From the NCBI GenBank assembly GCA_027073495.1, contig JALSVQ010000089.1, forward strand, positions 1,346-65,345: 64,000 nt of DNA. The letters run 5' to 3'. This document shows positions 29,395 through 36,765 of the stretch, piece after piece (the first letter of the stretch is position 1; each line of letters begins with the position of its first letter). This DNA is from Flavobacteriaceae bacterium (GTDB lineage: Bacteria > Bacteroidota > Bacteroidia > Flavobacteriales > Flavobacteriaceae). Under the pieces are notes generated by a model that did not search any database, had not been told where the DNA came from, and worked only from the letters and a program-made list of their open reading frames with translations. A program made the translations under genes and the position numbers.

Positions 29395-30780
29395 ATGACA
29401 ACATTTATATTAAATAACACAACCATAGAAACCCATGCTCACAACGGATTACCTCTTTTGGATTTTATCCGTGAAAACGCACAACTCAAAGGAACAAAAA
29501 TAGGCTGTAGAGAAGGTGATTGTGGTGCTTGTACCGTACTTGTAGGAACACTACAAGCAGATAATACAGTGAAATATCAAAGTATTACTTCGTGTTTATC
29601 TCCATTAGGCAATGCTCACGGTAAACATATTGTGACTATAGAAGGTACAAATCTAGATGATAAGCTTAATGTGCAACAAGAAGCTATGCATACTAATTTT
29701 GCAACGCAATGTGGATTTTGCACACCTGGTTTTGCGGTATCACTCACTGGTTTTGCATTAGCTGATACTGAAAAAACACTGGAAGCAGGTTGTGACGCTA
29801 TAAGTGGGAATATTTGCCGTTGCACTGGTTACAAATCTATAGAAAAAGCGGTAGAAACAACTGCAAATGCTTTAGTTGGACTATCAAAACAAGATCTTAT
29901 CAAACAAGGGTTTATACCAGCTTATTTTGACAGTATTGCACAACGTTTAGCTACATTACCAAAAACAACAAACCAAGATATCGAAGGGCAATTGGTTGCT
30001 GGAGGAACCGATCTTTATGTAAGACATGCTGATGCACTAGCAGAAAATGCTGTTGTACTTAGTAAAGAAAATATGCCTCTCAAAGGCATTACTTTTGAAA
30101 ATGGGCTGTGCAAACTCGGAGCAGGAACTACCGTAACAGACTTGCTAGAAGATACTACATTTGGAAGTTTTTTTCCAAAATTGAAACAACACCTTAAGTT
30201 AGTTTCTTCACAGCAAATACGCAATATGGCTACGCTAGCGGGTAATATTGTCAATGCTTCGCCTATTGGAGATATGACTATCTTTCTATTAGCATTGGAT
30301 GCAAATCTCACTATACAAAAGCAAGAAAGTTTAAATACTAGAACAGTTGCGTTAAAAGACTTTTACAGGGGTTACAAACAGTATGACTTAAAGCCCAAAG
30401 AACTTATTTTGGCTATTACTTTTAAACTTCCAAATGCAAATACGTTATTTAATTTTGAAAAAGTAAGCAAACGTACTCATTTGGATATAGCAAGTGTTAA
30501 TACTGCTGCTTCATTTCAGGTAGAAAATGACACTATAAAACAAGCTCATATCGCAATTGGTGGTGTTGCTGCAGTGCCAACATATCTCAAGCAAACAAGT
30601 GCTTTTTTAATAGGAAAACTGGTAAATAAAGAAACCATAAAGCAAGCACAAGAAGTACTCCAAAAAGAGACCAGTCCAATAGGTGATATTCGTGGAACGG
30701 CTAATTATAAAAGACTTTTGGCACAACAACTTTTTGCAGCGCATTTTATGGAATTATTTACTGTTGAGCTGGTTAAATAG
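29395..30780 (+). CDS. XdhA-like 2Fe-2S + FAD-binding subunit (xanthine-dehydrogenase small-subunit architecture)
   Basis: The likely start is MTTFILNN, 2 nt after the ligase stop. Motifs are CREGDCGACTV, CGFCTPG, CRCTGY and the FAD domain VAGGTDLYV. No molybdopterin subunit follows. Confidence 0.7.
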   Translation: MTTFILNNTTIETHAHNGLPLLDFIRENAQLKGTKIGCREGDCGACTVLVGTLQADNTVKYQSITSCLSPLGNAHGKHIVTIEGTNLDDKLNVQQEAMHTNFATQCGFCTPGFAVSLTGFALADTEKTLEAGCDAISGNICRCTGYKSIEKAVETTANALVGLSKQDLIKQGFIPAYFDSIAQRLATLPKTTNQDIEGQLVAGGTDLYVRHADALAENAVVLSKENMPLKGITFENGLCKLGAGTTVTDLLEDTTFGSFFPKLKQHLKLVSSQQIRNMATLAGNIVNASPIGDMTIFLLALDANLTIQKQESLNTRTVALKDFYRGYKQYDLKPKELILAITFKLPNANTLFNFEKVSKRTHLDIASVNTAASFQVENDTIKQAHIAIGGVAAVPTYLKQTSAFLIGKLVNKETIKQAQEVLQKETSPIGDIRGTANYKRLLAQQLFAAHFMELFTVELVK

Positions 30781-30794
30781 TTTCGCGTTTTTAG

Positions 30795-31185
30795 GCACTT
30801 TCCGATAAGTATACTACTTATGGATTGGGAAAAGAAAGAGCAAATAACTTAGTTGATATGAAATTATTAACTGATAGAAATATTCCTATGTCCTTTCATT
30901 CAGATTTTGGTAGCAGAACCACTTACTTTAGCTTGGACAGCCATAAATTGTATAACAAGTCAAGGAACAAAAATAACACAAGACCAACGATTTGATGTTT
31001 TTACAGCAATGAAAGCAATAACAATTACAGCTGCACGCGATTTAAAATTAGAAAATCAAATCGGCTCTATAAAAGTTGGGAAAACAGCTAATTTTACAAT
31101 TTTAGCAGAAAACCCATTTAAAGTTTATAAAAGATATTTTTGTTGTTATCACGGAAAAATGCATTTAAATAAAAAGCTGAGATAA
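30795..31185 (+). pseudogene. C-terminal remnant of an amidohydrolase-family gene (truncated and frameshifted)
   Basis: One frame reads YGLGKERANNLVDMKLLTDRNIPMSFHSDF. Another frame then reads VAEPLTLAWTAINCITSQG...AMKAITITAARDLKLENQIGSIKVGKTANFTILAENPFKV. Together these match the last ~130 aa of amidohydrolase-3-type enzymes. The N-terminal ~400 aa are absent. Confidence 0.55.
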
Positions 31186-31377
31186 AAAAATTGAATTGAT
31201 TTTCAGTTGTTTAAAGATAAAATTTTTGGCACATTAGTTGTAATGGCAAAGATGAGTTACATTGTGTAACTCATAATTTAGTATAAATGTGGCGAAAATA
31301 TATTGGTGGTTAAAATAAAAACTTGTACTTTCGTGAATAGAAAAAAGAATAAATAGTTTTGGTTTCAAAAATTTTTA

Positions 31378-31385
31378 TACTTTTG
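31378..31385 (+). promoter_or_regulatory. -7 promoter box TActTTTG upstream of acpP
   Basis: Consensus TAnnTTTG, 30 nt upstream of the ATG at 31415. Confidence 0.4.
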
Positions 31386-31414
31386 CCACGAATAATTTTA
31401 AAAACAGAATAATT

Positions 31415-31651
31415 ATGTCAGACATTGCATCAAGAGTAAAAGCGATTATCGTAGACAAACTAGGCGTTGATGAAAACGAAGTATTAACAGAAGCTAGCTT
31501 CACTAATGATTTAGGAGCAGATTCTTTAGATACTGTAGAACTTATCATGGAATTTGAAAAAGAATTTGACATTCAAATACCAGATGATCAAGCAGAAAAC
31601 ATTGGTACTGTTGGTCAAGCGATTTCTTATATAGAAGAAGCTAAAAAGTAA
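31415..31651 (+). CDS. acpP: Acyl carrier protein
   Basis: 78 aa with phosphopantetheine site [11 protein letters not shown]. Confidence 0.9.
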   Translation: MSDIASRVKAIIVDKLGVDENEVLTEASFTNDLGADSLDTVELIMEFEKEFDIQIPDDQAENIGTVGQAISYIEEAKK

Positions 31652-31672
31652 GTAGCAATTAAAAAAAGTAAT

Positions 31673-32926
31673 ATGGAGTTAAAGCGCGTAGTAGTAACGG
31701 GTTTAGGTGCATTGACACCAATAGGAAATTCTGTTCCAGAATATTGGGAGAGTTTGATTAATGGTGTCAGTGGTGCCGCTCCTATTACTTATTTTGACAC
31801 AACAAATTTTAAAACAAAATTTGCTTGTGAATTGAAAAATTTTGACATTAAAGATCATCTTGATAGAAAAGAATCAAGAAAATTAGATCCTTATGCACAA
31901 TACGCACTTGTTGCGGCAGCAGAAGCAATAGCCGATGCTAATATAGATCTTGAAACTATAGATAAAACCCGTGTTGGTGTTATTTGGGGTTCAGGAGTTG
32001 GTGGTATACAGTCATACCACAACGAAATAGTAGATTATGCCAAAGGAAATGGTATTCCGCGTTTCAACCCGTTTTTTATCCCAAAAATGATTTCGGATAT
32101 TGCAGCAGGACATATTTCTATTAAATACGGTTTCCAAGGACCTAATTTTGCAACAGTTTCAGCTTGTGCATCTTCGGCTAATGCCATTATAGATGCTTTT
32201 AATTATATCCGTTTGGGGCAAGCCGATATGTTTGTAACTGGAGGTTCTGAAGCAGCAGGAAATGAATCTGGAATGGGTGGTTTTAATGCACTTAAAGCAT
32301 TATCTACCCGAAATGACGATCCTAAAACGGCTTCAAGACCATTTGATAAAAACCGTGATGGTTTTGTACTTGGTGAAGGTGCTGGAGCATTAATACTAGA
32401 AGAATATGAACACGCTATTAAACGTGGCGCAACAATCTATGCAGAAGTAGGTGGTGGCGGTATGTCTGCAGATGCACATCATATTACTGCACCACATCCA
32501 GAAGGGGCTGGTGCAATATTAGTAATGAAAAACTGTATTAAAGATGCAGGAGTAAAACCTGAAGATGTTGATGCTATCAACGTTCATGGTACTGCTACGC
32601 CTCTTGGAGATATAGCCGAAACAAAAGCTATAAAAGCAGTTTTTGGTGAACATGCTTACAATATCAATGTAAACTCAACCAAATCAATGACAGGGCATCT
32701 CTTAGGAGCTGCAGGAGCAATAGAAGCTATTGCATCTATTTTAAGTATTAAAAATGGTATCATTCCTCCAACTATCAATCATGAAACACCAGATGAAAAT
32801 ATAGATAGTAAACTTAACTTAACACTTAATAAAGCTCAAAAACGCGATGTGAATATTGCTATGAGTAATACGTTTGGTTTTGGTGGTCACAATGCTTGTG
32901 TACTTTTTAAGAAATATAAGAACTAA
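31673..32926 (+). CDS. fabF: Beta-ketoacyl-ACP synthase II
   Basis: 417 aa with active-site region ATVSACASS and the H-H motifs (HITAPHP, VHGTATPLGD). Confidence 0.9.
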   Translation: MELKRVVVTGLGALTPIGNSVPEYWESLINGVSGAAPITYFDTTNFKTKFACELKNFDIKDHLDRKESRKLDPYAQYALVAAAEAIADANIDLETIDKTRVGVIWGSGVGGIQSYHNEIVDYAKGNGIPRFNPFFIPKMISDIAAGHISIKYGFQGPNFATVSACASSANAIIDAFNYIRLGQADMFVTGGSEAAGNESGMGGFNALKALSTRNDDPKTASRPFDKNRDGFVLGEGAGALILEEYEHAIKRGATIYAEVGGGGMSADAHHITAPHPEGAGAILVMKNCIKDAGVKPEDVDAINVHGTATPLGDIAETKAIKAVFGEHAYNINVNSTKSMTGHLLGAAGAIEAIASILSIKNGIIPPTINHETPDENIDSKLNLTLNKAQKRDVNIAMSNTFGFGGHNACVLFKKYKN

Positions 32927-32932
32927 AATTTA

Positions 32933-33682
32933 TTGAATTTTTTTGCTAAAATATTAAATGCTCCTTCAAAAGAAGATAAAGCGTTTAGTATCTTGTTGGC
33001 TAAAATTTTAGGTTTTAAACCTATTAACTTATCATTTTATAAAGAAGCATTCACACACAGTTCATTGCATAAAAAAAAACCAACAGGAGCTTACTTAAGC
33101 TATGAACGTTTAGAGTTTCTTGGTGATGCAATTCTTGGTTCAATTATAGCTGATTATCTTTATGCAGAATTACCACTTGCTAACGAAGGTGTTTTAACTA
33201 AAATGCGTTCTAAAATAGTAAGTCGTCAAAACTTAAACTATATTGGTAAAGAGTTAAATCTCATACAGTTTGTTCAAAGTAATATTTCAAAAAATAAATT
33301 TGGAGATAATATCCATGGTAATGTATTTGAAGCATTTATAGGTGCAATTTTTGAAGATAAAGGCTATGAAATCTGTAAGAAATTTATTTATCAAAAAATC
33401 ATAAACCCATACGTTAATTTAGAACAATTAAATGGTAAAATAACCAGCTTTAAAAGCTTGCTTATAGAATGGTTTCAAAAAAATAAAAAACACTATCATT
33501 TTGAGTATTTTGACGATACTTGGAATGAAGATAAAACACATTTTGGTGTTAGACTACTAGTTGATGATACACTAATAAGCAAAGGACGAGGCACTTCAAA
33601 GAAAAAAGCGGAAGAATTGGCAGCCAAACGCGCTTATTTTACATTTCAAGATCAAATAGAAAAAAAAGACAATAAAGCTTAG
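32933..33682 (+). CDS. rnc: Ribonuclease III
   Basis: 249 aa with signature ERLEFLGDA and a C-terminal dsRBD (GRGTSKKKAEELAAKRA). Confidence 0.85.
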   Translation: MNFFAKILNAPSKEDKAFSILLAKILGFKPINLSFYKEAFTHSSLHKKKPTGAYLSYERLEFLGDAILGSIIADYLYAELPLANEGVLTKMRSKIVSRQNLNYIGKELNLIQFVQSNISKNKFGDNIHGNVFEAFIGAIFEDKGYEICKKFIYQKIINPYVNLEQLNGKITSFKSLLIEWFQKNKKHYHFEYFDDTWNEDKTHFGVRLLVDDTLISKGRGTSKKKAEELAAKRAYFTFQDQIEKKDNKA

Positions 33683-33780
33683 TTAAACAAATTAATTTAT
33701 TGATTTATAGCTTATTATTGTTTTTTGATAAGAGTTAAAAAAGATATTCAAAACCATAAAATAGTTCCTTGATATTTTTT

Positions 33781-33801
33781 TTATTATGCAATGCATAATA
33801 A
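33781..33801. promoter_or_regulatory. 21-bp perfect palindrome TTATTATGCA-A-TGCATAATAA (candidate operator)
   Basis: Read directly. It lies about 36 nt upstream of the -7 box of the 594-aa gene. A third TTATGCA half-site follows at ~33811. Confidence 0.4.
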
Positions 33802-33836
33802 TTGTTTTTTTTATGCAGATATCTAATTTTATTAGA

Positions 33837-33844
33837 TATATTTG
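33837..33844 (+). promoter_or_regulatory. -7 promoter box TAtaTTTG upstream of the 594-aa gene
   Basis: Consensus TAnnTTTG, 34 nt upstream of the ATG at 33878. Confidence 0.4.
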
Positions 33845-33877
33845 TCCTACAATAGGTTTTAATAAAAACGAACTATT

Positions 33878-35662
33878 ATGAGTAAAACACATACATTTCA
33901 TATTCCCGTAATGGGAATTGCTTATACCATCGACACGCCACTTAAAGTAGCAAAATACGGTGTTGATTCGGTGATTTCATTAGTAGATGATATCTTATTA
34001 GAAAAATTACGAGAGTCATTTAGTGATAAATTTAATTTGCCTTTTCAAGAAATTTCAACTAAAATAGAAGATTTTCGTGCAAAGCGTATCACTGCATATC
34101 TCGATATGATACAAGATTTAACGGTTGAATCTTTTGATGCAATAAAAAAATCTGGTAATGCAATAAAAAAATATTTTAATATGCTTCCTGATTCTGCTGA
34201 ATTGAAACAAGCTTATCAAAAAATGGCTTCAAAAGCTAATCAAACCGAAATGAAGCTATGGCTAGATGAACACCTACAAATGGGAAACATCGATGTAAAT
34301 ATAATGACCAAAGTTGATAAAGAAAACTATCTAAATGGTGAAAAATTAACTAGCGAATATAATGATGCTCATGCGGCATTACGTGGTTTTACAAAAAGCA
34401 AATTGCATGCTTCTGTAGTGCTTTCTGCTGGTATGAGCCCGAGATTGTATAGTTATTTGGAGCATTTTGATGTTTTTTATCCTAATGAAAATGGTGAATT
34501 AACTAAAAAAGTAATATTAAAAGTAAGTGATTATCGTTCGGCATTGATTCAAGGTAAATTTTTGGCTAAAAAGGGTATTTGGGTATCTGAATACCGCATC
34601 GAGTCAGGATTGAATTGTGGTGGACATGCTTTTGCTACAGATGGTTTTTTAATGGGACCTATATTAGAAGAGTTCCGATTGAATAGAAACGCATTAATAG
34701 AGAATGTACATACTATATTAGTACAAGCTTTAGAGAATAAAGGAAAAGCCATTCCTAACAAACCGTTACCATTAAAAATCACCGCACAAGGTGGTGTTGG
34801 TACAGCAGAAGAACACAATTTCCTATTAAATCATTATAAAATGGACAAAGTAGGCTGGGGATCGCCATTTTTGCTCGTTCCAGAAGCAACAGAAGTAGAT
34901 GAAGCCACAAGAGCTCAACTAGCTAAAGCCAAAGAAAAAGATTTATACCTTAGTGGTATTTCTCCTCTTGGTGTTCCTTTTAATAGTTTGAAAGATTCAA
35001 GTAAACAACTCGAAAAACAGGCTTTGATAGCTCAAGGAAAACCTGGAAGTAGTTGCCCCAAACAGTATTTAGTTTCTACTAAAGAATTTTCCGAACGTCC
35101 AATATGTACTGCTTCACGTCAATATCAACGTTTAAAACTAAAAGAACTAGACAGTCTGTCTTTAGACCAAGAAAGCCACAATAAAGCTGCCTTTTTAATC
35201 ACAGAAAAAGAGTGTATTTGCACTGGTTTAAGCAATGCCGCTTTAAATAATAACAATATAGCAGGTAAAGATGAAAAAGGAATCACAGTTTGTCCAGGTC
35301 CAAATATGGCGTATTTTTCAAAAATGATATCATTCAAAGATATGCTAGCTCATATTTATGGAAAAGTAGAGACTTTGATTGATACAAATAGACCAAATTT
35401 CTTGATAAAAGAGTTAAATCTCTACTTGAACTATTTTAAGAAAACAATTGCAGATTCTAAAGCAAATAACACAAAAAAACAGCAAAAATATTTAGAAAAA
35501 TTTGCTAAAAATTTGGATGCTGGAATTATGTATTATCAAGAGTTATTTGAGTCGTTTTTTGAATCATCTAGTGCACAAATAGTAGTTGCTTTAGAAGAAA
35601 GTAAATCTGTGTTAACGGAACTTCAAAAAGAAATTGAAACAATGCAACTTATAGTTGTTTAA
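33878..35662 (+). CDS. Uncharacterised 594-aa protein (possible FMN/TIM-barrel-like core plus Cys-rich segment)
   Basis: Long clean ORF with its own promoter. Motifs RIESGLNCGGHAF and ITAQGGVGTAEEHNFL...GWGSPFLLVPEAT are reminiscent of NMO/FabK-type barrels. It also carries the cysteines CPKQY, CTASRQY, CICTG and CPGPN. I recognise no confident family. Confidence 0.6.
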   Translation: MSKTHTFHIPVMGIAYTIDTPLKVAKYGVDSVISLVDDILLEKLRESFSDKFNLPFQEISTKIEDFRAKRITAYLDMIQDLTVESFDAIKKSGNAIKKYFNMLPDSAELKQAYQKMASKANQTEMKLWLDEHLQMGNIDVNIMTKVDKENYLNGEKLTSEYNDAHAALRGFTKSKLHASVVLSAGMSPRLYSYLEHFDVFYPNENGELTKKVILKVSDYRSALIQGKFLAKKGIWVSEYRIESGLNCGGHAFATDGFLMGPILEEFRLNRNALIENVHTILVQALENKGKAIPNKPLPLKITAQGGVGTAEEHNFLLNHYKMDKVGWGSPFLLVPEATEVDEATRAQLAKAKEKDLYLSGISPLGVPFNSLKDSSKQLEKQALIAQGKPGSSCPKQYLVSTKEFSERPICTASRQYQRLKLKELDSLSLDQESHNKAAFLITEKECICTGLSNAALNNNNIAGKDEKGITVCPGPNMAYFSKMISFKDMLAHIYGKVETLIDTNRPNFLIKELNLYLNYFKKTIADSKANNTKKQQKYLEKFAKNLDAGIMYYQELFESFFESSSAQIVVALEESKSVLTELQKEIETMQLIVV

Positions 35663-35745
35663 AGATTTTTCATAGTGTTTTAAAGACCGCATAATTTTTA
35701 TATAGAAATTGTGTGGTTTTTTTTATATTTACAAAAAACAATAAA

Positions 35746-36582
35746 ATGATTCTTATAGCAGATAGCGGTTCTACAAAATGTGATTGGGTAGCACAAAAAA
35801 ATGGAAATACTGTATTAAAGACTAATACTTTAGGTTTGAATCCTGCAGTTTTTGAATACAAAACATTAGAAAAAACATTATTTGAATCAGAAGATCTTTC
35901 GAAAATTGCTGACCAAGTGAAGACTGTATATTTTTATGGAGCGGGTTGTAGTACAGCTACTCCCATTGCTCAGTTAACAAAACTACTGCAACATTTTTTT
36001 AAAAATGCTACTATACAAGTGCGCGAAGATATGTTTGGCGCAGTATATGCTGTAACAGTCGAACCTGCTATTGTTTGTATTTTAGGAACAGGCTCTAACA
36101 GTTGTTATTTTGATGGTAAAAATATACATAGTCACACACCGTCTTTGGGGTATATAATTATGGATGAAGCAAGTGGTAATGCTGTAGGAAAACAATTATT
36201 ACGCGATTATTTCTACAAAACAATGCCAGAGATTATTGCTAAAGCATTTGAAACAAGCTATGACCTTAATCCTGATGTTATCAAAACAAAACTCTACAAA
36301 GAAGATAACCCGAATACCTATCTTGCTGGTTTTGCACATTTTGTATTTAGCCAAGATTTAACCATTCCATATTTTTATAATCTCGTCACTAGAGCGTTTG
36401 CACAGTTTATTAAAACACACGTTTTGTGTTATTCTAATGCCAAAGAACTCCCAATTCACTTCATCGGTTCTATAGCACATTATGGGAGAAACATATTGGA
36501 AGAGGTGCTTTTGAAAAATGATTTAACCTTAGGAAAAATTGTTAAAAAGCCAATTGATGGATTGCTTGATTATCACAGTTAA
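35746..36582 (+). CDS. BadF/BadG/BcrA/BcrD-type ATPase (N-acetylglucosamine-kinase-like)
   Basis: The likely start is MILIADSGSTKCDW. ASKHA-fold motifs include GAGCS and ILGTGSN. Confidence 0.65.
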   Translation: MILIADSGSTKCDWVAQKNGNTVLKTNTLGLNPAVFEYKTLEKTLFESEDLSKIADQVKTVYFYGAGCSTATPIAQLTKLLQHFFKNATIQVREDMFGAVYAVTVEPAIVCILGTGSNSCYFDGKNIHSHTPSLGYIIMDEASGNAVGKQLLRDYFYKTMPEIIAKAFETSYDLNPDVIKTKLYKEDNPNTYLAGFAHFVFSQDLTIPYFYNLVTRAFAQFIKTHVLCYSNAKELPIHFIGSIAHYGRNILEEVLLKNDLTLGKIVKKPIDGLLDYHS

Positions 36583-36645
36583 AAATTTACTTAAACAAAA
36601 CAAGGCTTATTAATAAAAATTTAATTGATTATATAAATCTCAAAA

Positions 36646-36680
36646 ACGAATATCAATTCATTCAGGACGAATATCAATTC
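36646..36680 (+). promoter_or_regulatory. Two identical 14-bp direct repeats ACGAATATCAATTC spaced 21 bp centre to centre
   Basis: Read directly at ~36646-36659 and ~36667-36680, which is 50-90 nt upstream of the -7 box of the alpha-2-macroglobulin gene. Confidence 0.4.
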
Positions 36681-36727
36681 GTTAGGCTCTAATATATAAA
36701 AAACAACTTTACATAAATCATTTTTAT

Positions 36728-36735
36728 TAACTTTG
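36728..36735 (+). promoter_or_regulatory. -7 promoter box TAacTTTG upstream of the alpha-2-macroglobulin gene
   Basis: Consensus TAnnTTTG, 31 nt upstream of the ATG at 36766. Confidence 0.4.
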
Positions 36736-36765
36736 ACCATTATATAAATTTTTACCCTAAAAATC

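Noticed and set aside
30797-30807. The shared 11-mer actttccgata at the XdhA/amidohydrolase junction, also seen at ~45330 inside the cassette's non-coding arm. I considered it as a possible common att or recombination site.
   Set aside because: An 11-nt match is expected many times by chance among all position pairs in a 64-kb AT-rich window. The flanking similarity is weak.
31252-31274. A perfect 9-bp stem hairpin atgagttac-attgt-gtaactcat downstream of the amidohydrolase remnant.
   Set aside because: There is no adjoining T-run on either strand and no associated intact gene. I cannot support a terminator or sRNA call from sequence alone.
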